A DNA stretch of 64,000 nt from Microcoleus sp. (GCA_042408215.1 JAYFMW010000005.1:480001-544000); one strand, 5' to 3'. Positions 10,434 to 20,578 are shown, numbered from the stretch's first letter. The notes: generated by a model from the sequence alone, not told the origin. Program-made: numbers and translations.

Positions 10434-10873
10434 AAAAAAGCTCGGTAAGTGGGAAACTCAGAGTCTTTAGACCTGAGAGGGAAACGACGCGGGTGGTTTT
10501 AACCACCGTGAATCTTTTTTCCATTACCGCCTTGGAATTGCTTGACGGGAGTGTACTTTTGTAATGCACTTTCGATGGGACAATTACCATTTCAAGCCTT
10601 GCAATCCTGTACGCATAATGGTTGCCTTTGTTGGGCCTCCCTTGCGGGGTAATGTTAGCTTCGCCAAAGTTATTAGGGCTTGTTAGGCTTGCAACACTGT
10701 AAAGCGTGACTTTAGAACTGTTTAATTGCAAACGACAGAGCAGGGAACTAGCTTCGCATTCCGGGGTGTCGTGACCCAAATAACGTAGTCAGTTAAGACT
10801 GAGGCTGGTCAGAATAGCTTGCTTCGAGACTTGCTCTTACAAGCGAGCGTGTCTTTAGACCTGAGTTCCTGAC
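10434..10873 (-). mobile_element. Non-autonomous IscB-type IS200/IS605 element, iscB almost entirely deleted
   Basis: Matching subterminal hairpins (ctcaggtctaaagac) at both ends; only ATGCGT and a C-terminal scrap of iscB remain; abuts ATGAA of the downstream gene. Confidence 0.8.
10620..10873 (-). ncRNA. HEARO / IscB omegaRNA scaffold; predicted 5' guide from 10874-10893
   Basis: Minus strand gtcaggaac..ctaaag..gcttg..gaccagcctcag..ctacgttat..gacacc.ggaatgcg.agctagttcc.gctctgtcg..ttaaacag..cagtg..aacaagcc..ttggcgaagctaacattacccc, the recognised HEARO motif order. Confidence 0.8.
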
Positions 10874-11219
10874 AGTATTTTATCGAAGAGGTGATCGAAG
10901 AGTATTCGGGAGTGTGGAAACCGCGTACCTGGATAGTCGCGGATGAAACAGGACTCTGAATTTATTCAGCGTCCCCTTTAGGCGTTGGATAAGTAGAAGC
11001 GATAGGAGGATCGCTAAAAACCATAGAAGAGATTACCATGCTGGCGGCTAAAAATCCACAACAATTGGGCAATTTAAGGTAGCGGGCGGTGGGCGGTGAG
11101 CGGTGGGCGGTTGGGAAAGGGCGATCGCCCGGGGCTGGCTGGGCGGTAAGTATGCGATCAAAGAGTGTCAACCAGCTAAAATAGCAACTAAGTAGTCTCA
11201 AATTGCGTCTGCTGATTTA

Positions 11220-12137
11220 GTGGTTTTTCCGATTTTTTCGACAATTTTATCTAATTTATCCCACGTATCTACCATGTTGTATGCGATCAAAGAGGGTTTT
11301 TGGTTGACAAGTCGGCGTACCTATGGCCGCGGGATTTATCTGTTTTTGTCGCTGATTGTAGCTGCGGGAATCTGGGTGATTTCTCCGCAACCCATGCAAG
11401 CATTTTCTTTGCCAGAACTGATTTTTCGGGGCATTCAAGTTATTCAATTGTCGAATTTGTCCGATCGCCAAGAGGTGACTGTTGGCAGGCAAATTAATCA
11501 GCAGTTGGTGGGTAAGGAGTTGAAAGTTTACCGCGACCCCGCTGCTACAGTATACATCAACCGCATCGGTCAGCGACTGGCAGGGCAGAGCGATCGCCCG
11601 AATATTCCCTATACTTTTCAAGTGGTTGACGACGACAATATTAATGCTTTTGCCACAATGGGCGGTTTTGTGTATGTAAATAAAGGTTTGATGGCGGCGG
11701 CGGACAATGAAGCTCAATTAGCCAGCGTGATCGGCCATGAAATCGGTCACATTAGTGCTCGCCACGCGATTAAACAAATGCGTCAAATGGCGATCGCCTC
11801 TGGTTTGGCTTCGGCTGCTGGACTGGATGGTTCTAAGGCAGTACAGATTGGGGTAGAATTGGCTTTGCGCCGTCCCCACAGCCGTCAAGCTGAATACGAA
11901 GCGGATCAATTGGGATTGCAAACAATGGGGCGATCGGGCTACGCTCAATCTGGGATGGTTGATTTTATGAAAAAATTGCTCAACAGACCTTCACCTCCGA
12001 GTATTTTGAGCACTCACCCGGCTACTGCCGATCGGATTGCTGCTATCTCCCAGGCAATGGACCCCGATCTCGCTAGTGGTGATGGCTTGAATAATGATGC
12101 TTACAGACAGGAAATCCGCAGTCTTTTTGGGTCGTAA
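11220..12137 (+). CDS. M48-family zinc metalloprotease (start may be about 11274 or 11301)
   Basis: INAFATMGG, EAQLASVIGHEIGH, SRQAEYEAD, STHP. Confidence 0.92.
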   Translation: MVFPIFSTILSNLSHVSTMLYAIKEGFWLTSRRTYGRGIYLFLSLIVAAGIWVISPQPMQAFSLPELIFRGIQVIQLSNLSDRQEVTVGRQINQQLVGKELKVYRDPAATVYINRIGQRLAGQSDRPNIPYTFQVVDDDNINAFATMGGFVYVNKGLMAAADNEAQLASVIGHEIGHISARHAIKQMRQMAIASGLASAAGLDGSKAVQIGVELALRRPHSRQAEYEADQLGLQTMGRSGYAQSGMVDFMKKLLNRPSPPSILSTHPATADRIAAISQAMDPDLASGDGLNNDAYRQEIRSLFGS

Positions 12138-12335
12138 GTCAGTAGTCAGGAGTCAGTAGTCAGTAGTCATTAGTCAGTAGTCAGTAGTCAGTAGTCAGTA
12201 GTCAGTAGTCAGTAGTCAGTAGTCAGTAGTCAGTAGTCAGTAGTCAGTAGTCAGTAGTCAGTAGTCAGTAGTCAGTAGTCATTAGTCAGTAGTCAGTAGT
12301 CATTAGTCATTAGTCAGTAGTCAGTAGTCATTAGT
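12138..12335. repeat. Long STRR heptamer array (AGTAGTC/ATTAGTC)n, about 28 units
   Basis: Direct tandem repeat between convergent genes. Confidence 0.95.
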
Positions 12336-12345
12336 TCTTCTAATT

Positions 12346-12396
12346 GCAAATAACAAATAACAAATAACAAATAACAAATAATAAATAACAAATAAC
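12346..12396. repeat. STRR heptamer array (CAAATAA)n
   Basis: caaataacaaataa... about 7 units. Confidence 0.9.
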
Positions 12397-12407
12397 CTAA
12401 CTCAAAA

Positions 12408-13193
12408 CTATTCTTTCAGATCTGCTGTGAAAAAAATCCGCTCAAAACAGGCTTGGGTAGTATGATCTCCAGGGGGTTGAATTTGTCTGACAACTTCGTC
12501 TAATGGCAAAATTCGGACTTGATGGTTAAATACATTGACTTGATAAACTCGGCGGTAGTTGAGGTCAACTCCTGTCAGCCAGCCACTCTTGGGATGATAA
12601 GCACCAGTGTCAATATCTAACCACCCTTGCCCTCTGACTAATTCACCAGGCATTACGCCCTCAAAGGTAAAGGTGATGGTGTGACCAGTGATAATTAATT
12701 TATTCGGAAAATAGGGTTTGGATATGTTGTGAAATGCTTGACGAATCCAGCAAAATTGCTCGATGGATTGCTGGTGAATGGGGAGTTTGGGATCGACGCC
12801 GGCGTGGACTAGCCAGATGTCGCCCAAGTCGAGGTGCGTAGGGAGCGATCGCATCCACTCTAAGTGTTTATACGGCATCATGCCTGTATCTCTGTAGCTG
12901 GCTATGGTGGCATCGCCGCCACTGTAAAGCCAAGCTTGCCACGATCGCAGATCCACAGGGCCGTTGGGCAAAGCATCTAACATCAGTTGTTCGTGGTTGC
13001 CCAACAGAGTTTGGTAAGAGCTTTCCTTGACAAATTCTACTACTTGAGCGCTCTTGGGCCCGCGATCGATTAAATCTCCCAGAAAATAGACGCGATCGTC
13101 CCAGCCGGGGGCAAGGGCCTCTAGCAGGGTCATTAAGCCATCGTAATGCCCGTGTACGTCACCAATAACAATGCGCCGTTCGCTTCGTTGCAC
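12408..13193 (-). CDS. PPP-family Ser/Thr phosphatase (metallophosphoesterase)
   Basis: IGDVHG, GDLIDRG, LGNHE, VHAG, GHT, IDTG. Confidence 0.93.
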   Translation of the reverse strand: MQRSERRIVIGDVHGHYDGLMTLLEALAPGWDDRVYFLGDLIDRGPKSAQVVEFVKESSYQTLLGNHEQLMLDALPNGPVDLRSWQAWLYSGGDATIASYRDTGMMPYKHLEWMRSLPTHLDLGDIWLVHAGVDPKLPIHQQSIEQFCWIRQAFHNISKPYFPNKLIITGHTITFTFEGVMPGELVRGQGWLDIDTGAYHPKSGWLTGVDLNYRRVYQVNVFNHQVRILPLDEVVRQIQPPGDHTTQACFERIFFTADLKE

Positions 13194-13524
13194 TTATTCG
13201 CTTCCCTGACTCAAAACACCAACCTGTAGGTAACAGCATCTAATTTTGCTGCGATTCTGCCGACCCTCTTGTTTTTAAGAGGGGTGTAACCCATTATACT
13301 GCTTTGTATAAAAAATGGGTCAAGCTTGCCAGTATTTACTTAGGTAACTACGATCTACAAAGATTTTTGTCGATGATAGCCGGAAAAATAGGACAGGGCG
13401 ATCGCCCATTATGGACAAAAAAGTTGGGGCGATCGCCATCTCTGATCCCGGCCACCGGTTAGTGCGAATGTCCCAAAACTCCATCCGGGGCAAATATAGC
13501 AGTCGCCAAGGTGGTTAGGACGCT

Positions 13525-13575
13525 TCCGGTCACTGAGCGTAGTCGAAGTGGACATTTCGACTACGCTCAATGACC
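13525..13575. repeat. Small palindromic dispersed repeat (TTCGACTACGCTCA family); relatives near 51385-51490 and 58597
   Basis: ggtcactgagcgtagtcgaa...ttcgactacgctcaatgacc inverted repeat. Confidence 0.7.
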
Positions 13576-13619
13576 AAAGCGCCTTGGCGGTTGCTATAAC
13601 AGAAATCGATCGCCTGGAT

Positions 13620-14024
13620 TTGACACTCTCAGGGCTAAAGCCACTGAGATTCTGCGGACAGAGTAAAACTCTCGCTACGACCGTCAAACGCCGTCTACCT
13701 AGTCACCAATCGTCAAGCGATAGTTTCTAGCTACTTTTATTTTTTCCAATGCTTTCAGAATCCATCACTAAGCCAAGACGCGGTACGCTCCGCAACCTGC
13801 CTTTATTTGCTCTTTCCTGTCATACTGCGCCAGGACTTAAACCTAACCGTTGTTTCATAGGAGCCGGGATTTCTCCGATACTAGGATGCTTCAACACGTA
13901 GATGTTTTTTGTTCTTACTCACGATCTAATTTTAACACAAATACCACTGCGACTGAAGTCGCTCGTGCCGCTTCCCTAGGAAGGGCTAAAGCCACTGAGT
14001 TTCCCGCATCCCGTATTAATTTTT
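13620..14024 (-). mobile_element. Non-coding IS200/IS605 derivative with putative TnpB omegaRNA; predicted TAM TTCAT
   Basis: Minus strand TTCAT|aaaaattaatacgggatgcgggaaactcagtggctttagccc ... agaatctcagtggctttagccctgagagtgTCAA. Confidence 0.78.
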
Positions 14025-14087
14025 ATGAATATTTTTGCATAAAAGTGCTCCGCCCAGGCGATTAAATATCATAACTACTAATTAGGA

Positions 14088-15113
14088 TTGTCAAAAATGG
14101 CTAATCTCATGGCACTTCGCCGATCGCCTGTTACCGCGCCTTCAGAGGGGCTACAACTGGCGGAAAATGAATTTTGGGGTAAAAAGTTGTTGCGGGCGAT
14201 CGGCTCCCAGCAGCTCAAAATAGCCGAACAGACGGCGTTTTGGGGAACTTTGGTCGCCGGGGCCGTGGCGGTTTCCCAACAGACAATGCTGGCAATTCCC
14301 CTATCTTTGTGTTGCGGGTTGAGTGTAATTAACCGCCGCCGTTTTGAGGAAATTTTGCAGCAGCGTCTGGCGACTACGACAGCAGAAATAGCGGCGGTTA
14401 GCACAAGGGAAAATCGGCTGGATGCGATCGCGATCGGTTCGATTCAAGAACGAATTTTGACCTTAGAAAAAGCACAGTTGCAGCAGCAAATTACGCAATT
14501 GCAACAGTGGGTAACTGATTTGGACGATCGCGTGGAAGAATTGGGCGATCGCGATCTAGAATTAAAGCAAGTGCAACAGCAGTTAGCAGCCCTACAAAAA
14601 TCAACATCCGCACCCACTAAAAAAGGTCGGGGGCGAGTGGCTATCTTTATTGATGGCGCTAATTTGTTCTATGCAATTCAGGAATTGGGGATTAGAATAG
14701 ATTATACAAAATTGCTGGCGCTGTTAGTCGGAAAGGATACCTTGTTTCGGGCTATTTACTATACGGGAGCAGAGGCGGCGGATGAGAAACAGCGAGGCTT
14801 TTTCTTGTGGTTGCGGCATCACGGGTTCCGCGTGGTTTCTAAACCAGTGTTGCAGCGGCCCGATGGATCAAAAAAAGCGAATTTGGATGTAGAAATGGCA
14901 ATGGATATTGTTAGCTTAGCAGGGCAATATGACACAGTTGTTTTAGTGAGTGGCGATGGAGACTTAGCTTGCGCGCTGCATCAAGTAAGCGCTCAAAGTG
15001 CAAGAGTAGAAGTCGTGAGTTTAAGGTCAATGACGAGCGATGCGTTGATTGATGTAGCAGATTCTTATGTTAATTTAGAGGAGATTCAAGACAAAGTTTG
15101 CAAAACTCAATAA
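14088..15113 (+). CDS. NYN (LabA/DUF88) domain protein with N-terminal hydrophobic and coiled-coil region
   Basis: VAIFIDGANL, KANLDVEMAMD, LVSGDGD, LIDVADSY. Confidence 0.9.
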   Translation: MSKMANLMALRRSPVTAPSEGLQLAENEFWGKKLLRAIGSQQLKIAEQTAFWGTLVAGAVAVSQQTMLAIPLSLCCGLSVINRRRFEEILQQRLATTTAEIAAVSTRENRLDAIAIGSIQERILTLEKAQLQQQITQLQQWVTDLDDRVEELGDRDLELKQVQQQLAALQKSTSAPTKKGRGRVAIFIDGANLFYAIQELGIRIDYTKLLALLVGKDTLFRAIYYTGAEAADEKQRGFFLWLRHHGFRVVSKPVLQRPDGSKKANLDVEMAMDIVSLAGQYDTVVLVSGDGDLACALHQVSAQSARVEVVSLRSMTSDALIDVADSYVNLEEIQDKVCKTQ

Positions 15114-15220
15114 TTCTCCCCCCTCACTCCCACCCTTCAAACTCCTCTGCGCCCTCTGCGCCCTCTGCGGTAAAAAAAAAAGCTCATTCACAATAGACAC
15201 ACAACATTTACCAAAAAAAC

Positions 15221-18200
15221 ATGAACCAACAACACCAGCAAGACAATCAAGAATATATCACCTTTTTACGTGAAGTATTGCAAGCCACCTCTGACAGCAA
15301 TGGTGATGCAAAAATCATCTATCCCATCCTGGCGGCTAACCAAGACAAACTCAATCGAACCTTAGTTGCACAGTACCAAAACTGGGCTAACAACATTCTC
15401 TCCCAAGCCGCACCAGAACAAACTCGAAATATTGCAGGAGTTTTTGTCAAGTTTCAGCAATTTAATTCAGCAATTCCCTTTAGGTAACAGGGCTAGTAAC
15501 CTAGACATCGCAATTATTGGTTACGAATTAGCTTTAACCATCTTCACCCGTGCCGATTTTCCCCAAGATTGGGCAGCAACTAAAAATAATCTGGGAATTG
15601 CCTACAATAACAAAATCACCGGCAACAAAGCCGAGAATCTAGATGAGGCAATTCGTTGTTTTCAACAGGCTTTAGAAGTCTACACCCGTGCCGATTTTCC
15701 CCAAAATTGGGCAAGGACTCAAAATAATCTGGGAAGTGCCTACTCTGACAAAATCACCGGCAACAAAGCCGAGAATCTAGATGAGGCAATTCGTTGTTAT
15801 CAACTGGCTTTAGAAGTCAGAACCCGTGCCGATTTTCCCCAAGATTGGGCAATGACTCAAAATAATCTGGGAAATGCCTACAGAAACAAAATCACCGGCA
15901 ACAAAGCCGAGAATCTAGATGAGGCAATTCGTTGTTATCAACAGGCTTTAGAAGTCTACACCCGTGCCGATTTTCCCCAAGATTGGGCAATGACTCAAAA
16001 TAATCTGGGAAATGCCTACAGAAACAAAATCACCGACAACAAAGCCGAGAATCTAGATGAGGCAATTCGTTGTTATCAACAGGCTTTAGAAGTCTACACC
16101 CGTGCCGATTTTCCCCAAAATTGGGCAACGACTCAAAATAATCTGGGAAATGCCTACTCTCACAAAATCACCGGCAACAAAGCCGAGAATCTAGATGAGG
16201 CAATTCGTTGTTATCAACAGGCTTTAGAAGTCTACACCCGTGCCGATTTTCCCCAAGATTGGGCAAGGACTCAAAATAATCTGGCAAATGCCTACTCTGA
16301 CAAAATCACCGGCAACAAAGCCGAGAATCTAGATGAGGCAATTCGTTGTTATCAACAGGCTTTAGAAGTCAGAACCCGTGCCGATTTTCCCCAAAATTGG
16401 GCAACGACTCAAAATAATCTGGGAATTGCCTACTATAACAAAATCACCGGCAACAAAGCCGAGAATCTAGATGAGGCAATTCGTTGTTTTCAACAGGCTT
16501 TAGAAGTCTACACCCGTGCCGATTTTCCCCAAGATTGGGCAACGACTCAAAATAATCTGGGAAGTGCCTACTCTGACAAAATCACCGGCAACAAAGCCGA
16601 GAATCTAGATGAGGCAATTCGTTGTTATCAACAGGCTTTAGAAGTCAGAACCCGTGCCGATTTTCCCCAAGATTGGGCAATGACTCAAAATAATCTGGGA
16701 AATGCCTACAGACAAAATCACCGGCAACAAAGCCGAGAATCTAGATGAGGCAATTCGTTGTTATCAACAGGCTTTAGAAGTCTACACCCGTGCCGATTTT
16801 CCCCAAGATTGGGCAGCAACTCAAAATAATCTGGGAAATGCCTACTCTCACAAAATCACCGGCAACAAAGCCGAGAATCTAGATGAGGCAATTCGTTGTT
16901 ATCAACAGGCTTTAGAAGTCTACACCCGTGCCGATTTTCCCCAAGATTGGGCAATGACTCAAAATAATCTGGCAAGTGCCTACTCTGACAAAATCACCGG
17001 CAACAAAGCCGAGAATCTAGATGAGGCAATTCGTTGTTTCCGGTTAGCCTTAGAATTTCGGACTCCCACAACTCTACCATTAGATTGTCTGCAATCTGGC
17101 AGAAATCTCGGTAATCTTGCCTTCAATAAAGGTTTGTGGGAGATTGCCATTGAGGGCTACGCAGCAGCCATTCTTGCTGTCGAACAAAGCCGCATTTGGT
17201 CAACCACCGATGCCAGCCGTCAACAGATTATCGCTGATTCAATTGATGTTTACGAAAACATCATTCAAGCCTACATCAATAGCGGCAACCTGAACAAAGC
17301 CATAGAATATGTAGACCGTTCAAGTTCCAAACGTCTGGTAGACTTAATGGCAAGTAACGATGTCTACGCAGGCGGTGAAATTCCGAGCCAAGTTCAGGAA
17401 TATTTGCAACAATACGACAACATCCAAGCCCAAATTGATACCGGACGTAAACCCCTCCAAGGTGACACCAACTCTAGCCAACAACCAACAGATAAACGCA
17501 GTTTTGCCCTGCGTCGCGACGCTGTAGAAGCCGCCGTCGCCACCCTCAAAACTTTGGAAGCGCAAAAACAACAAATCTGGGAAAAAATGCGCCGTTTAGA
17601 CCCAGTTTTGGCCGGAGAAATTCAAGTAACCCCGCTAGATTTTCGCACCATCCAGCAACTCATCGAACAACCAAAAACCGCCATTATCAATTTCTTCACC
17701 ACCAAGAATGACACCCACATTTTCATCATCTACAAGCACAAAAAGCCCAAACTGTACACTTGCACCGGCTTTGGCTATCAAACTTTACGCGCTTTAGTTG
17801 ATGACGAGTGGCTAACTCCCTATTCTAACATGAAAGACGGCATTTGGCAAGCCAAAATCTCGGATTTCTTGCAGCAAATATCCGAAAAACTGCAACTCAA
17901 AACCTTAGTGCAAACCTATCTCAAGGATATTGAGGAACTGATTATCATCCCCCACCTATATTGGCATCAAATCCCCTTTGCCGCCTTACCTTTAACTGTT
18001 CCCAATCAGAACAACTCCCAGCCACCGGAAAACCAGCCATCAGGAATGATGCGCCAAGTCATCGAAACCTTCACCCGCCTGGAAAAAAAGAATACTATCA
18101 CTAATATAAGTATTCCACCGGAAAGTGAAACAATCTCAACCGAATACTTAGGCGATAAATTCCGCATTCGTTATGTTCCCAGTAGCCAAATCTTGCAATA

Positions 18201-19050
18201 TTGCCAACAACGTCCGCCCCTTTCTGAGATTAATTACGGCACTGTAGAAAATGCCGATGATACGCTACCAAACGCCCAATTTGAATGCGAACAAATCGCC
18301 AAATTCTACAACATTCCCGAAAACCTACGCTTAAAAGGTCGCAGCCAAGCTACAGTGCTCAATTATCGCCAACTGGCGAAACAAGTGCAAGTCTTACACT
18401 CCAGCCACCACGCCTCATCTCGCCTCGATAGTCCCTTAGAATCCTGCCTACTTCTTGCTGATGGGAAGATTACTTTAGGTCAAATAATGAGTCCCGGTTT
18501 TCGACTTCCCAATCTCTCCGATGTCTTCCTTTCCTGTTGCGAAACTAACCTCGGTGTGGCGGGTGTTAGTGATGATATTTTATCATTATCCACGGGGTTT
18601 TTATGTGCCGGGGCGCGGAGTGTTGTCAGTACGTTGTGGTCCGTTGATGATTTAGCCACAGCTTTATTTTGCATTTTTTACTATCAGAATCGGCGACAAG
18701 GTTTAAATCGTCCTGAAGCCTTGAGAAAAGCGCAAATCGAACTCCGCACCATGACGGGAAAAACCCTCGCCGATCAATATTATTCTGATTTGAATAATTA
18801 TCTGGAACAGCAATTAAAGCAATTAGATCCTGTGCGTTTGGAAGCTAAGGCGCAGCTAAAACAACAAGCTAAAAATACGGATGGTTATCGCGAATGGAAA
18901 GCGGAGGTTAATCGGTTAACAAAAATTGAGAATAGGATTAAGGATTATCGGGATCAGATTAAGAAAGTATTACCCAGCCTTTGTCTGGAAGCTTTTCCCT
19001 TTGCTAAGCCTTTCTATTGGGCTGGTTTTATCTGTTCTGGTTTGAGTTAA
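15221..19050 (+). CDS. TPR-repeat CHAT (caspase-like) protease; two apparent frameshifts (about 15450 and 16712)
   Basis: ORFs 15221-15487, 15366-16748 and 16702-19050 join into one gene; IIPHLYWHQIPFAAL, LHSSHHA (His), FLSCCET (Cys), VSTLWSVDD, PFYWAGF. Confidence 0.88.
15546..17061 (+). repeat. 11 x 138-bp (46-aa) near-perfect intragenic TPR repeats
   Basis: Unit starts at 15546, 15684, 15822, 15960, 16098, 16236, 16374, 16512, 16650, 16786, 16924. Confidence 0.97.
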
Positions 19051-19058
19051 TTAGGAAT

Positions 19059-19282
19059 TATACCAATTTAATGGGTCGTTGCACATATTCCGATCCCCCT
19101 AAATCCCCCTTAAGAAGGGGAGTAGGGGTTGACTTTGATTGGACTCTTGTCCCCCCCTATCCCCCTAAATCCCCCTTAAGAAGGGGAGTAGGGGTTGACT
19201 TTGATTGGACTCTTGTCCCCCCCTTCTTAAGGGGGGTTAGGGGGGATCGAATTCTATGCAGCTTCATAAAAAATTGGTATTA
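19059..19282. mobile_element. MITE-like element (ATACCAATTT terminal IRs) with duplicated CCCCCTAAATCCCCCTTAAGAAGGGG palindromic repeats
   Basis: tataccaattt...aaattggtatta; internal ~68-bp tandem duplication and inverted arm. Confidence 0.7.
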
Positions 19283-19294
19283 CGCATTAAAATC

Positions 19295-19445
19295 AAAGAA
19301 ACCGGGTTTTTGGCTGAAGCTGTGGGTTGTTACCAAATATTTTCGCAAAAACCCGGTTTCTGGCTACTCGTAAATACTAAAGAAACCGGGTTTTTTGCTG
19401 AGTCTGTGGGTTGTTACCAAATATTTTCGCAAAAACCCGGTTTCT
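19295..19445. repeat. Two tandem REP-like units AGAAACCGGGTTT...AAACCCGGTTTCT; third copy at about 20444-20510
   Basis: Inverted arms around ~40-nt loops. Confidence 0.8.
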
Positions 19446-19553
19446 GACCTGGAGTTAATAGCTATTTGTGACATTTCGATCGTTTTCACCAACTCGCATA
19501 ACTGCCGCGACTCCCTTCGATATACCAGTAGCACAGTTAGCAAAGCAACAGCC

Positions 19554-20541
19554 ATGAGCCGATACTACCACCCCACGCGCTACACCAGTCGCAGCCCGCA
19601 ACCCCCAGCCGCACGCACCCAAATTAATCAATCTTGGTTCAAGTCGCCCCTGATTTTATCCGCAATTCTTTTAGGCTTGGGCGTAGTCGGCGTTACCCTA
19701 TTTGTTGAGTTTACCACCCAGCGCATCATCCACATCCGGGCTGATGACAATTCCGATTCGGCTGAAACTTATACAGCTCAGCGACAACAACACTGTCAAG
19801 CCAGTATTCAACATTTTGACACTCCCCGACCTAAAGGTGCGAGGATTCTTAATTCAGCGACTAACCTTTAAGTGTTGCGTCCTTTCGGCAATATTCAGAC
19901 CTTTTAACCGTAGAAAACTACCAATTAACGAGCCTGATTCGCAGCCACCCCAGCGGGTCTATCTCCAAAAGCGTACTAGGATATTTACCTAGAGTTTGGG
20001 TATGCCCTACCCTACTTAACAATCCTAAAAGAATAGTTTGTTTTAACTGGTTTAAGGTTTAATTCAACCTCTAGCTGTTTAAAGAGTTTTCGCTGCTCTT
20101 CGTCCCCCGGTTTATACCTAAAAGTGTGTCTTAACTGTTTCACGATGGTAAAGGAATTTAACCTTGACTTTTATAGTATATCACAAATATAGGAACTTAC
20201 TGGACTTTTTGAAAGAAGTTTTAAGAAATTAAAGCCGTCCTAGAAGGACAGGGTTTTAAACCCAAATTTTTGATAAACCGGGCGATGTCGCAATTTCTAT
20301 GTCTTTTGCCGATCGCCCTGTCACTACCCAAAATATCTCCATTTCTAACAGTTTATCTCTCCTCGGCAAGTGTAAAGATACCAAACGGGCGATCGAACAC
20401 ATGAGGAATTTGGAGGCGACTTGGGCGACGCGGCTTAAGGTTAAAGAAACCGGGTTTCTGCGTAGATATCTAGTTTCCAGCCGACTATTTTTCAGAGAAA
20501 CCCGGTTTCTGGTCTTGGTGGGGGGTGCTTTCTGGGTATAA
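19554..20541 (+). pseudogene. Single-TM protein with possible vWA/MIDAS-like DNSDS motif, interrupted by the 19816-20272 element
   Basis: Excising 19816-20272 fuses ...CQASIQH to Y-KPGDVAISMSFADRP... in frame. Confidence 0.65.
19816..20272 (-). mobile_element. Non-autonomous IS200/IS605 derivative with putative TnpB omegaRNA; predicted TAM TTTAT
   Basis: Minus strand TTTAT|caaaaatttgggtttaaaaccctgtccttctaggacggc ... gtagggtagggcataccc..acgcttttggagat ... agaatcctcgcacctttaggtcggggagtgTCAA. Confidence 0.85.
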
Positions 20542-20578
20542 TTGAGGGCATCCCTCTTTTTGCTGAACCCGATCGCCC

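Noticed and set aside
10204..10779. 191-aa ORF
   Set aside because: Chance read-through of the HEARO RNA and element end, overlapping the real DUF4330-like gene out of frame
15546..17061. Diversity-generating retroelement acting on the TPR repeats
   Set aside because: No reverse transcriptase or separate template repeat in the window; a few fixed alleles recur, which fits recombination better than adenine mutagenesis
19093..19445. Possible CRISPR array
   Set aside because: Only two copies of each unit, the intervening sequences are also duplicated, units are REP-like palindromes found elsewhere, and no cas genes are present
19017..19555. Short ORFs with repeated PPKSPLRRG / KKPGF peptides
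   Set aside because: Translations of REP/MITE DNA
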